Positions 1 to 9,335 of a DNA stretch of 64,000 bases are shown here, one piece after another (position 1 is the stretch's first letter; the number at the start of each line of letters is the position of its first letter). Where the stretch lies: the NCBI GenBank assembly GCA_902769185.1, contig CACXNV010000006.1:1062-65061 (forward strand), given 5' to 3'. The notes below the pieces were generated by a model. It was given only the letters and a program-made list of their open reading frames with translations. It was not told the DNA's origin and did not search any database. Source of the stretch: an uncultured Erysipelotrichaceae bacterium. GTDB lineage: Bacteria > Bacillota_I > Bacilli_A > RFN20 > CAG-826. The translations under genes were made by a program, and so were the position numbers.

Positions 1-1
1 T

Positions 2-1381
2 GGTGATGTTAGCGATTTTATGACTAGTTTAAAAGTTACAATTAATGGCAAACATAATTCCTCTACTACAGGAGATCCGGACGGCAATATCTATAAAGTT
101 GAAGCAATATCAGGCGATGCTAATAACATTATTGTTAAAAGTACATTAACTAAACAAGGTGCTGATACTTTTGGTGCATCTTATAAAGATGTAGATTTTG
201 ATTTTAGTAGTGGTCTAGCTGGAACAACAGGAATTAGATTTACATATTCAACAAAAAGCAGTGGTAACCTTGCAGTTAAATCAATTTCGTGGTCTGCAAC
301 ATATGAACAGCCAACCTCTATAAGTGCTGTTGTGAAAAATGATAGAGTTTTTTATGCTGGTGAAATCATTACTGAAAATGATATTACTGTCACTACAAAT
401 TTAGGTAATGATATTACTGCATTAGTGGACTTTGAAGATTACCAATTCACTTATAGTGATGCTCCTAGCGGTGGCGCTGCTGCACATAAAGAGTTCCCTA
501 TCTATTTCAAAGAATTGGACACTACACTAGATGTCACTATAAAAAGAAAGGCGTATCAGGGGGAAACTAGTGATACCTTGAATAATAGTTTTATTGGCGT
601 TAGTGGTACATATTACAAAAGTTGGAGCGGAAAATCAGATCAATCTTCAGCTGTTTATGCTGGATATTCAGCCGGCGGAAGTGGCGATTATGTCTCAATT
701 CAACTAAATTCAAGCGGTAGCGCAGGTATTGTTTCTACGACATCAGGGGGCAATTTAAAATCTATTACTGTTACTTTTAATTCATATACGACAGACAACA
801 GATCTGTTGAAATTTACTATAAAGATACTGCTTATGAAGAATCTACCGACTTATATAGCGAGACTACTAGAGGTACATTAGCGGGCAGTATTACTGAGAC
901 ATCTACTACTCACTCTGGCACAGTGAATATCACTGGATCTCATGGTTATATTGGTTTGAAATCTGGAGGATCTGCTATTTATATCGATAGCATTGTCATT
1001 ACATACGCAGAAGAAAAATCAACTTCTAATGTCTCTAACTACATTATGTATGAAGACACCACCAATCAATGCAACAGCAAAACAGATGTTGCCATTGGAT
1101 ATCTCAATAACTTATCTACAAGTGAAAAAACAACATTTATGACTAGTGATGACTTTGTCATTTCTACTGCTAGAGAAAGATTTAATGCTTGGCTTAGAAA
1201 TCAAGGTAAATCAATTACTCCTAATAATGGGGATTATGTGATTCAAAGTAATAATAAAATTACTCTAACAACTCTAATTGGTAATAAAAATATATCTACA
1301 GTTGTTGCGGTTATTTTGTCCGCTTTTGGTGTATTATCTATAAGTGGATATTTCTTATTTAAAAAAAAGAAAGAAGATTAA
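2..1381 (+). CDS. Surface protein, 5-prime partial (continues upstream of window); C-terminal TM anchor plus KKKKED tail
   Basis: The frame of ORF 20..1381 stays open back to nt 2 and no SD precedes ATG20. The sequence is Ser/Thr/Gly-rich and looks extracellular. The last ~35 aa are a hydrophobic helix (VVAVILSAFGVLSISGYFLF) plus a basic tail, with no LPXTG. Confidence 0.6.
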   Translation, partial: GDVSDFMTSLKVTINGKHNSSTTGDPDGNIYKVEAISGDANNIIVKSTLTKQGADTFGASYKDVDFDFSSGLAGTTGIRFTYSTKSSGNLAVKSISWSATYEQPTSISAVVKNDRVFYAGEIITENDITVTTNLGNDITALVDFEDYQFTYSDAPSGGAAAHKEFPIYFKELDTTLDVTIKRKAYQGETSDTLNNSFIGVSGTYYKSWSGKSDQSSAVYAGYSAGGSGDYVSIQLNSSGSAGIVSTTSGGNLKSITVTFNSYTTDNRSVEIYYKDTAYEESTDLYSETTRGTLAGSITETSTTHSGTVNITGSHGYIGLKSGGSAIYIDSIVITYAEEKSTSNVSNYIMYEDTTNQCNSKTDVAIGYLNNLSTSEKTTFMTSDDFVISTARERFNAWLRNQGKSITPNNGDYVIQSNNKITLTTLIGNKNISTVVAVILSAFGVLSISGYFLFKKKKED

Positions 1382-1383
1382 TT

Positions 1384-1608
1384 ATGGACAAGATTGAATT
1401 ATTTAAAAAAGAAGATGGGTCAGTATGGTATCGCTATAAAGGGAAGGAAGCTAAAATTAGTGAACTTAATATTCCTTTATTTGCCCAATTATATAAACAA
1501 TTAGGTCAACTCCCATCATTCTCATTCCCTCAAGATGACATGGAACTTAATATTTTAAGTAAGACTCTAATTGAAAATATTAAGCAAACATCAACTAGAT
1601 TATTTTAA
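1384..1608 (+). CDS. Hypothetical 74-aa protein
   Basis: The ORF starts 3 nt after the upstream stop, so it is probably operonic. No recognisable motif. Confidence 0.4.
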   Translation: MDKIELFKKEDGSVWYRYKGKEAKISELNIPLFAQLYKQLGQLPSFSFPQDDMELNILSKTLIENIKQTSTRLF

Positions 1609-1693
1609 TAGTTGCATTTTTTATAGGGTTCAATATAATAATGACACTGGTCATTCCTGCTATTAATTTAGCAAGACCCGCGAGAAATCGTGG

Positions 1694-1715
1694 CCTTCAT
1701 CTGGAAGGTTTTTTT
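1694..1715 (+). terminator. Short intrinsic terminator
   Basis: Hairpin ccttc(1694-1698)/gaagg(1704-1708) followed by a T7 run at 1709-1715. The stem is only 5 bp. Confidence 0.45.
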
Positions 1716-1749
1716 CTTTGCTTTTTATATAGATTTTGGTTGATATAAT

Positions 1750-1777
1750 TTGACAATTATATAACCTGTGATACAAT
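1750..1777 (+). promoter_or_regulatory. Sigma-A type promoter for tmRNA
   Basis: TTGACA at 1750-1755, a 16-nt spacer, and an extended -10 TGaTACAAT ending at 1777. It lies ~27 nt upstream of the mature tmRNA 5-prime end. Confidence 0.6.
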
Positions 1778-1804
1778 TTTTTTGCTCTTCTAGGGAGCGT
1801 ACAT

Positions 1805-2193
1805 GGGGTCGTATTGGATTCGACGGAGATGTGCAGGGCATTAATTGCAGCGGTTGGTAACCTTAAACCAAAAACAAAATAACTGACAACAGTTATATGA
1901 GAGCTCCTAGAGCTCAATCTCTCTGCTTAGCTTAATTTACCCGATATAGGGTCCCGACAATTGTTGGGGCAGAGCGCCCTTTAAGGTTTTAGTTCTTTCA
2001 CGCTTAAAGTAGGTGTCATAACAAAAGAATAGTGGACTAGAGTAGATGAGTTACTAGTTCATGAAACTTCGTTCATCTCGCGTAGTGTAGTTAGTCGATA
2101 TACAAAGCTATGTTAAATGTAAATATCGTCTAAGCTGTAGACGTTATTGTATGGCCATCTTCGGACGTGGTTTCGACACCACCGGCTCCACCA
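1805..2193 (+). ncRNA. ssrA: tmRNA (SsrA)
   Basis: The 5-prime end ggggtcgtattggattcgacgg and the 3-prime end ggacgtggtttcgacaccaccggctccacca form a tRNA-Ala-like acceptor/T-arm with CCA. An internal candidate tag frame at 1867-1935 ends ...SLCLA-stop. Confidence 0.9.
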
Positions 2194-2241
2194 AATTACC
2201 TATTATCTATATTTATATATATTAAGGAGAATTTAATTATT

Positions 2242-3087
2242 ATGAAGATTTGTATCTCTGCTGAATCTACTATTGATTTACAAAAAGAGCAACTTGATGA
2301 ATTTGGTATTCATACTTTACCATTTACTGTTTTATTAGGCGCTGATCCTAAATTTGATGGAGTCATTACTCCAACTGAGATTTTTGATTATGTTGATAAG
2401 ACTGGTGTTTTACCAAAAACAAGTGCAATCAATGAAATTCAATTCGAAGAATACTTTAAAGCTTTATTAAAAGAATATGATGCGATTATTCACTTTGCTT
2501 TAAGTAGTGAAATCTCTAGTGCGTGTAATAACGCGATGAACGCTGCTAAAGGATTAAAAAATGTCTTTGTAGTGGATTCTAGAAGCTTATCTACCGGTAT
2601 TGCTTTAGAGGCTATTTATGCTTCTAGACTCGCTAAAGAAGGATTATCTCCTGAAGAAATCGTTAAGAAAGTAGAAGCAAGAATTCCATATAATCAAACT
2701 AGCTTTGTACTTGCCACTGTTGATTATTTATATAAAGGTGGAAGATGTTCTGGTTTAGCTAAATTAGGCGCAATGCTATTTAGAATTAGACCTCAAATCA
2801 TTATGGCGGAAGGCAAGATGAGCCCAGGAAAGAAATATATGGGTAAACAACTTGGATGTGTTGAAAGCTACGCTAAAGACACATTAGATCAATTTAATAA
2901 CCCAGATAAGAGTTTAGTCTTTATTACTCACTCTATGGCCACTCCAGAAATGGTAGAAGCTTGTAGAAAAGAATGTGAAGCTAGAGGATTTAAACGTATT
3001 ATTGTTACTACTGCTGGCGCTACTATTTCGTCTCACTGTGGTCCAAAATGCATTGGAATATTATATTTCAATGATGGCGATAAATAA
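2242..3087 (+). CDS. DegV family fatty-acid-binding protein (FakB-like)
   Basis: DegV-like sequence (MKICISAESTIDL..., ...YLYKGGRCS...). SD aaggag at 2224-2229. The longer ORF from 2167 would read through the tmRNA 3-prime end, so the start is trimmed to ATG2242. Confidence 0.85.
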   Translation: MKICISAESTIDLQKEQLDEFGIHTLPFTVLLGADPKFDGVITPTEIFDYVDKTGVLPKTSAINEIQFEEYFKALLKEYDAIIHFALSSEISSACNNAMNAAKGLKNVFVVDSRSLSTGIALEAIYASRLAKEGLSPEEIVKKVEARIPYNQTSFVLATVDYLYKGGRCSGLAKLGAMLFRIRPQIIMAEGKMSPGKKYMGKQLGCVESYAKDTLDQFNNPDKSLVFITHSMATPEMVEACRKECEARGFKRIIVTTAGATISSHCGPKCIGILYFNDGDK

Positions 3088-3106
3088 AAAGAATTGATGT
3101 AATCAA

Positions 3107-3148
3107 AACAAGTATTATTGGTTATTGACTGATAACACTTGTTTTTTT
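3107..3148 (+). terminator. Intrinsic terminator after degV
   Basis: A 12-bp stem with 1 mismatch, aacaagtattat(3107-3118)/ataacacttgtt(3132-3143), followed by a T-run. Confidence 0.7.
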
Positions 3149-3181
3149 ATTCTATTTGGTAGAAAGGATATTTATATAAAT

Positions 3182-4222
3182 ATGGAAAAAACAAACAAAG
3201 TAATGAGAATTGTTTTGAGTATTGTGACTTTTGTTGTTGTCGCCTTATTTGTCGTTTCATTATTTGCTTTACCAGTTGAATCTACAGTTCAAGGTAATCA
3301 AACAAATAATTTAAACATTTACGACATTATCAAAGCATTCTTCCAAGGCATTGAACAAATGCAAGCAATGGGCGAACAAGGACTTCAACTACTCCCTGCT
3401 CTTCTCGCTATCTTAATGACAATGGTTTTTGCAATCGTATTCGGTATTATTGCATTAGTCAAAGGCATTATCTTACTTGTTAAGACAATCAAAGGAATGT
3501 CTGGAAAAGGCGAATTAGAACCATTATTAAAATCCTTAGTTGGATTTGGTTCAATCTTAGTCATTTACATTGCATTACTCTTAGGTATTATCTATTCACA
3601 CAACCCAGCTCAAACCATCAGTTTAGGTGCTGGTACTGACATGATGTTGTCATGTGGTGTCGTCTCCTTAGCTATTGCTGGAGCCTATCGTATTGCTGTT
3701 AAAGACGAAAGAAAACTCGTTAACAAGATCCTTAGCTTAGCTACTTCCGCTCTTGTTATCGTTGGTGTCTTAGTCGCATTCTCTGCTTCTGTCGCACAAG
3801 GTGAAGACACTTCATTTGGTTTATTAGTGCTCTTCCCACAATTCATTTCCTTTGTGGCATCTGGTCATGCTGATTCTTCAGTTATCACCGGTTATGTCTT
3901 TGCTGTTATTGGCGTTGTCGCTATTTGCGTCAGCCTTGGTATGGCAAAAGGCGTTATCTGCAATGGCTTCACAGTTGATGTTGAAGGCAAAAATCCAGAT
4001 TTCGCAAAATCCTCTATCGTTAAATCCGCCGTTTGGTTTGGTTTAATGGTCGTTGGCTTTGTCTTAATCGTTGTCGGCCTTAACAAAGGTGGTATCGGTT
4101 TAGGTGCTGGTGCTATTGTTGGTATGGTTATGGGTGCTTTAGCTTTAGCAGCCGCTATCGTCAACAAAGTTTTAGCAAACAAATCTAAAGCTCCTGAAGC
4201 TGAAGAACCAAAAGCTGAATAA
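3182..4222 (+). CDS. Polytopic membrane protein, unknown function (Ala/Gly/Val-rich helices, acidic tail)
   Basis: About 9 hydrophobic segments. The start is moved to ATG3182 because 3125-3148 lies inside the upstream terminator. Confidence 0.6.
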   Translation: MEKTNKVMRIVLSIVTFVVVALFVVSLFALPVESTVQGNQTNNLNIYDIIKAFFQGIEQMQAMGEQGLQLLPALLAILMTMVFAIVFGIIALVKGIILLVKTIKGMSGKGELEPLLKSLVGFGSILVIYIALLLGIIYSHNPAQTISLGAGTDMMLSCGVVSLAIAGAYRIAVKDERKLVNKILSLATSALVIVGVLVAFSASVAQGEDTSFGLLVLFPQFISFVASGHADSSVITGYVFAVIGVVAICVSLGMAKGVICNGFTVDVEGKNPDFAKSSIVKSAVWFGLMVVGFVLIVVGLNKGGIGLGAGAIVGMVMGALALAAAIVNKVLANKSKAPEAEEPKAE

Positions 4223-4346
4223 TTACTTTATTTAGAAATAGAAAAGCTGAGTTTTCCACATTATTTGGACAGTGTCCAATAATTGAGAAAAACAGTTTTT
4301 TTATATTTATATAAGTATGGTATTCTTTTTCGCGTAGGGGAAAGTT

Positions 4347-4493
4347 ATGAATCTATATCTTGGACCAAATGATAAAGTGATGAATAATGATGAAGAGACT
4401 GTTGAAGTCATTGAAGTTATTGAAAACTACAACGATTATTCAGATATCGATGATGTAGATGAAATAATCGACCTTGATGAATTATTATTCTAG
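4347..4493 (+). CDS. Small (48 aa) extremely acidic protein
   Basis: Not in the ORF track (under 60 aa). ATG4347 is preceded by ggggaaag. The translation is MNLYLGPNDKVMNNDEETVEVIEVIENYNDYSDIDDVDEIIDLDELLF, with stop TAG at 4491-4493 followed directly by a terminator. Confidence 0.45.
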   Translation: MNLYLGPNDKVMNNDEETVEVIEVIENYNDYSDIDDVDEIIDLDELLF

Positions 4494-4494
4494 A

Positions 4495-4520
4495 AATAGC
4501 GAATTATATCGCTATTTTTA
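4495..4520 (+). terminator. Intrinsic terminator
   Basis: An 8-bp stem aatagcga(4495-4502)/tcgctatt(4509-4516), loop attata, then a T-run. Confidence 0.7.
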
Positions 4521-4550
4521 TTTATTTAAAAATGTATTATCATTATCCAT

Positions 4551-5924
4551 ATGAATAAATTGAAGCTTTTTGGCAAATATAGTGCGGCAATTACTTTTTT
4601 AGCTTTTGAATTCTTTGCTTTAATTGCTTTTAACTATAGTGGATCATTTGTTTTATTTGGTTCTTTATCTTTGGCGTTATGCCTTTTGTTAATCTTATTT
4701 AATATCGCGGAAATTAAAACTAAAGGGCTTTCTAATGTTGCTTTATTTTTCATCCCTTTATTTTTATTTGTTTTATTAACTGCGGTTGGTAACTATAACA
4801 CGGTGCACACTAAAGTGTTTGGTCATTTTTCTTGGGCTGAAACAGTCTTTATTCCTTTAGGCTTATTAGCTATGGCCTTTAATGGTTATCTATTAAGCAT
4901 TGATAAGAATTTTAAATTAAAGACATTTATCACTGTAGTGTTTTCAGCATTAGCGGTTTATGTATTAATTAACTTTATTTATAACTTAATTAGTTTTGGA
5001 GCGTTTTATCCTCTTGTTTATAAAGGGTATTACTTATATTACTCTGGCATCAAAAGCGAACTTCCTGTAAACGAGTTTGCCTATGTATTAGAAGGGTTTA
5101 AATTTGTGGAAGTAAAGATGGCTCATTATGTTTTGTTCCCATTACTTTTATTATCTAGTAGCGTGATGCTTTTATTTACTTCTCCTAAAAAAGAAAAAGG
5201 CTATTTTATTACTTATTTAGCGTTTACTCTTTTAGCCTTATTTGCTTTAATCTTTATTCCTTCTTTATTATCGCTAGGTGGAATAATCGCTACTGCATTA
5301 TTAGTTTTAGTTATTTATCTAGGTAAGACTTATGTTAAAACTAGAAAAGTCTTTAAGATTGTTTTATTTATTCTATTAGGTCTAGCCTTATTAGGATATT
5401 TATTCTATGTAATTGCAGTCGCTACAGGAATGAGTAATTCCTTTACAGGCATATTAGATAGAATATTTAACTCTAATAGATACGCTAGAAGAGTTAATCC
5501 AATATTAATTAATTTATTCTCAAGTAGTAAGTTTTTAGGATTCTATGGCAATCAAACCGCACCTAGCGTCATTGATGAAGTGAGCTTATCAGGCTTCTTT
5601 ATCTTTGATAGTTTTATGACTAGTGGGGTGATTGGAGCGTTTGCAATCTTTACTTTTATATTCCTAGGCTTTAAATCATTTAAGAAATATTTCTATTCGC
5701 ATAAAGATGAATTTAGATTGCAGGCCACTATGTTACTATTTTTAATTGTCTTTGTTGGTTATAGCGCTTTCTTTAACGAAGGAGAATATACGTTATACTA
5801 TAACGTTTATAAGCCTTTATATTTAACTTCCCCATTTATTTTAATGATCTTTATGCTTTCTTATGTTATTTGTAAATCAAGAGTGGAAACAGAAGAAGTA
5901 AAGGAGGAAATTGTTAATGAATAA
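4551..5924 (+). CDS. Polytopic membrane protein, possible Wzy/O-antigen-ligase-like glycan polymerase
   Basis: At least 10 predicted TM helices, located in a glycan-synthesis neighbourhood. The functional assignment rests on context only. Confidence 0.35.
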   Translation: MNKLKLFGKYSAAITFLAFEFFALIAFNYSGSFVLFGSLSLALCLLLILFNIAEIKTKGLSNVALFFIPLFLFVLLTAVGNYNTVHTKVFGHFSWAETVFIPLGLLAMAFNGYLLSIDKNFKLKTFITVVFSALAVYVLINFIYNLISFGAFYPLVYKGYYLYYSGIKSELPVNEFAYVLEGFKFVEVKMAHYVLFPLLLLSSSVMLLFTSPKKEKGYFITYLAFTLLALFALIFIPSLLSLGGIIATALLVLVIYLGKTYVKTRKVFKIVLFILLGLALLGYLFYVIAVATGMSNSFTGILDRIFNSNRYARRVNPILINLFSSSKFLGFYGNQTAPSVIDEVSLSGFFIFDSFMTSGVIGAFAIFTFIFLGFKSFKKYFYSHKDEFRLQATMLLFLIVFVGYSAFFNEGEYTLYYNVYKPLYLTSPFILMIFMLSYVICKSRVETEEVKEEIVNE

Positions 5925-6831
5925 AAAAATGAAATATTTATTACTATTACCTTTAACTACGATTGTTTCTTGCGGTTATAGTTCTTCTTATTTAGTGGAA
6001 GGAAATAAATATACTTCTGCAAAGTTCTCTGAAAATTATTATATCCACTGGGATAATGAGCTAAAATCCGCTCATAAAAAAGAAGTTATTGATGTTACTA
6101 ATGAAGCTTTAATTACTGGAATTAACTATAGTTATTTTGCGGATAACACGATTACTGGATTAGGCGAAATTGATCCAAATTACTTTGAAGCTGATCCAGG
6201 CTTAGAAGAGTTTGCTAATGATTTTAAAATGAATAGTGTTGATGATTCATTTAATTATGGGTATCAATCTAAATTATTCGATGGACAAATGGTGTGTGGC
6301 GGACAAAATGGACGTCCTGAATACGCTTATCAACTTGGAAGAGTGCAAATTAATAGAAACGGATTCTCTATAAGGTTCTCTAAAGAAAGTACTGATTTAC
6401 ATTATTTTGCTTTGAATTTTAAAGCATCTACCGATAACACTAAAAAATGTTATCCAGTTGATGGAACTACTTTAGCGACTACAGACACACAACTCTTCCA
6501 TAACTCAAAGATTAATTTAACTATTACTTTATATAACAAAACATTAAATGGTATTGAAGGTTATCCATTCTCTATGGATGTTGAATTTGATAATAAGCAC
6601 ACTAATGATGGTCATTATTACACCTTCATAGCTTTTGATTTAGAGGATTATGAATTATCACGTTTAGTAGGAGTGTCTTTAGAATTTACAGTCTTAGAAG
6701 ACGCCTTAATTTCCTATAATGAAGGTAAGACATATATAGAAGGCGGGGAAACAAAAAACGTAGACCTCACAATTGATGACTACGCTTTATTCTTATATGA
6801 ATTATTTTTCCCTTACACTAGTTGGAATTAA
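5917..6831 (+). CDS. Lipoprotein, unknown function
   Basis: Signal peptide plus lipobox (LTTIVSCGYSS). SD aaggagg at 5901-5907. Overlaps the upstream stop, suggesting translational coupling. Confidence 0.7.
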   Translation: MNKKMKYLLLLPLTTIVSCGYSSSYLVEGNKYTSAKFSENYYIHWDNELKSAHKKEVIDVTNEALITGINYSYFADNTITGLGEIDPNYFEADPGLEEFANDFKMNSVDDSFNYGYQSKLFDGQMVCGGQNGRPEYAYQLGRVQINRNGFSIRFSKESTDLHYFALNFKASTDNTKKCYPVDGTTLATTDTQLFHNSKINLTITLYNKTLNGIEGYPFSMDVEFDNKHTNDGHYYTFIAFDLEDYELSRLVGVSLEFTVLEDALISYNEGKTYIEGGETKNVDLTIDDYALFLYELFFPYTSWN

Positions 6832-7733
6832 CGATATTTAGATATATCGAGCCATTTGCCCATTTCAAAGTCACACTTATCATCATCTAATATTAATGTT
6901 CCTTTAGCAGGGGTGAAGGTCATCTCTGAAAAATAAATTTTTCCATTAATGTTATATAAATCCACTCTGACAAATGGGAATTTAGAGGCTAATTTCTCCG
7001 CGACTACAACCATCTCATCAAAATTAGATGGTTTTTTTAATGGATAGTCAGTCTTTTTCCAACCATTAAATTGAGATCCGTCAAATGGAGTCCAATCAAT
7101 GTAATAATTGTTATATTTAATATCTACTCCTCTAGAAGTAACTACATAAAGATTTTTTGCTTTTCCATTAAAGACATGAATCTTATATTCAGTAGGTAGT
7201 TTACCGTTTTCAAGCATTAACTCTTCGATGATGATTTGTGGCTTAATTTTTGAGTAGTGGAGCTCTAAAGTTTTCTTACCGTAATTAGTTTTAAGCCATT
7301 TATTAAATTTCTTTTTGAGCTCTTCATAGTTTATTTTACTTTTATCATAGCAAATATAATTCATCGCGCAGCCATGGCTACACTTTAAAACAAATTGATT
7401 TGGGAGCTTAGAAAAATTTATATCTTCAAATCTATCAAAAACCCCATAGATTTTGATTAATAATTCGTCAAAACCCTGTTCTTTTACGTATTCTCTTACT
7501 CCAACTCGACCAGCGCATTTACTCGCTAAATCATTTTTTGGATAGACATATAAACGTAGATATTGGAGTTTTTCTGTATAGCGGTTTAGCCCTTTCCAAT
7601 CAAGCTTATGATGAGTGATATATTTATATTGATATGAGATATATCCTTTTTTAGAGACACACTTAACTAAGCCTCTAAAAGGAGAGACTAAAGCTCTTTT
7701 AAATTTATTTTCTTTTAAATTAGGATTAGACAT
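6828..7733 (-). CDS. ATP-grasp fold amidoligase (TupA-like)
   Basis: By recall, the sequence resembles the TupA-like ATP-grasp family (FVLKCSHGCAMNYIC, EYKIHVFNGKAKNLYVV, FVRVDLYNINGKIYFSEMTFTPAKG). No search was run. Confidence 0.6.
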   Translation of the reverse strand: MSNPNLKENKFKRALVSPFRGLVKCVSKKGYISYQYKYITHHKLDWKGLNRYTEKLQYLRLYVYPKNDLASKCAGRVGVREYVKEQGFDELLIKIYGVFDRFEDINFSKLPNQFVLKCSHGCAMNYICYDKSKINYEELKKKFNKWLKTNYGKKTLELHYSKIKPQIIIEELMLENGKLPTEYKIHVFNGKAKNLYVVTSRGVDIKYNNYYIDWTPFDGSQFNGWKKTDYPLKKPSNFDEMVVVAEKLASKFPFVRVDLYNINGKIYFSEMTFTPAKGTLILDDDKCDFEMGKWLDISKYR

Positions 7734-9240
7734 TGTTATTTGCTCTCCTTTTCTTAGAAAATGAACTCACTAAGTCTTCTTTTAAAAGAACTAGAACACC
7801 AATATAGATAATTGCATCAATTAAAACAATGCTCACTAATTCGATGATGTAGCTATTGGCCACACTGATACCGTTACCAACTAATAAGTTATGCATCGGA
7901 TCTTTAATAATGAAAGTCATCATTAACACTAATATAGTGGCCAATAAGATTTTTAATGAATTGAAATTAAAGACTGCTTTAGAAATCCATTTCCAAGTTA
8001 CAGCAAGTAAATAAACTAGAATAAATAAATCTGTAACAGCAGTGCCAATAGCAACCCCTATTGCAGGTTTATCTTTAAATACCACTGCACCAAATACGAT
8101 TGATAAGGCAATGTTTAATATAGTTCCGCCTAATAAAGCGTATAGATAATATTTTTCTTTTTTCATCGGAAGAAGAATTTGCCCGTAGATGATATCGCTT
8201 ATTGAGTAGGTAACCATCATGCTACAAAGGATGATTAACACAGCCGGAGCATTAACGTATCCTAATCCTTCTGAAAAATCATAGTTACCAGAAATTAAGG
8301 CTGTAATAGGAGAAGCCAGCATTGTCATAGTGGCAATGGCAGGTAAAACAATAAATAGACATATGTTTACGGAATATTTATTTAGTCTATTAAAGTATTT
8401 CTTATCTTCTTGAGCGTAGCATATTGCCGCTCTAGGTATAAAGACGGTACTCAAAGCGGTAATAATTCCAATAATAATATCAATTCCTTTAACACCTACT
8501 GAATAAGAAGCAACTTCTCCTTTTCCTTTATCAATAAAGCCTAGGATGAATGTATCAGTTTGGTTATAAAAAGAGATGATAAGAGTGATAGAGAATAACA
8601 CTAAAAGTGGTTTGATATACTGTTTAAATTCATAAGGCATTGTCTTTTTATAAGATATAAACTTTTTAGAATAAATAAGATTAGCGATAGTGGTTACTAA
8701 AGTAACTGATGCAGTAATTAAAGCGTAGATATAAATATCACCAGGGTTAGTAACAAAAATGATAATTAATAATGTCGATAAGGCTAATACCGCAATACTT
8801 CTAACCGACATATAGAACTGTTTTTCTAAAGCAATAAATAGCCATTCAAAAGAGAACGCTCCTGAAAGGAAGTTGATTGATAGAAGGAATATAACCTCAT
8901 TATTATTTTTTAAATCGGGGACAGTAAACACTAATGAGCACATTAATCCAAAGGATAATAATGTAGTAATCATTTGAATTAAGAAGAATGTTTGAACTTT
9001 ATTTGATAATTTTTCTTTGTCGTCTTTGACTTTAACACATTCCCTAATTGCCAAATTAGGGATACCTACTTTTGCTAGAACTAGAAAATATAAAACAAAG
9101 GTGTTACACCAGGTATAAATACCAACTTGAGCGGATCCTAAATATCGACACACCCAAGGGAATGTCATAAAAGATAATATCGTTAATACTAAAGTACGAG
9201 AGATATTAATGATGACATTAGTACGTGTTCGGTCGTTCAT
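7726..9240 (-). CDS. Oligosaccharide/polysaccharide flippase (Wzx, MOP superfamily)
   Basis: 504 aa with about 14 TM helices. The N-terminus is typical of the Polysacc_synt family. Overlaps the ATP-grasp gene by 8 nt. Confidence 0.7.
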   Translation of the reverse strand: MNDRTRTNVIINISRTLVLTILSFMTFPWVCRYLGSAQVGIYTWCNTFVLYFLVLAKVGIPNLAIRECVKVKDDKEKLSNKVQTFFLIQMITTLLSFGLMCSLVFTVPDLKNNNEVIFLLSINFLSGAFSFEWLFIALEKQFYMSVRSIAVLALSTLLIIIFVTNPGDIYIYALITASVTLVTTIANLIYSKKFISYKKTMPYEFKQYIKPLLVLFSITLIISFYNQTDTFILGFIDKGKGEVASYSVGVKGIDIIIGIITALSTVFIPRAAICYAQEDKKYFNRLNKYSVNICLFIVLPAIATMTMLASPITALISGNYDFSEGLGYVNAPAVLIILCSMMVTYSISDIIYGQILLPMKKEKYYLYALLGGTILNIALSIVFGAVVFKDKPAIGVAIGTAVTDLFILVYLLAVTWKWISKAVFNFNSLKILLATILVLMMTFIIKDPMHNLLVGNGISVANSYIIELVSIVLIDAIIYIGVLVLLKEDLVSSFSKKRRANNNV

Positions 9241-9270
9241 GTGTTTAATTATAAACTTGATACTATGACT

Positions 9271-9290
9271 TTTGAAAATAATTTTTCAAA
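9271..9290. promoter_or_regulatory. 8-4-8 inverted repeat, candidate metal-regulator operator overlapping the ZIP promoter -35
   Basis: tttgaaaa(9271-9278)-taat-ttttcaaa(9283-9290), with TATAAT at 9308-9313 located 17 nt downstream. Confidence 0.3.
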
Positions 9291-9335
9291 TAAGTAGTAC
9301 TCTACTATATAATATACAGCGAGGATTTGAATATT

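Noticed and set aside
1663-1917. 84-aa minus-strand ORF from the ORF track
   Set aside because: It lies antisense across the tmRNA promoter and the 5-prime part of tmRNA. It has no SD and odd composition, and the RNA gene explains the region.
2167-2241. N-terminal extension of the DegV ORF (MVSTPPAPP...)
   Set aside because: The extension reads through the tmRNA acceptor/CCA end. An SD followed by ATG2242 gives a canonical DegV N-terminus.
3852-4182. Overlapping ORFs 3852..4046 (+) and 3892..4182 (-) inside the membrane-protein gene
   Set aside because: They are alternative-frame or antisense products of a GCT/GTT/GGT-rich coding region. The long frame 3182..4222 has coherent TM-helix periodicity.
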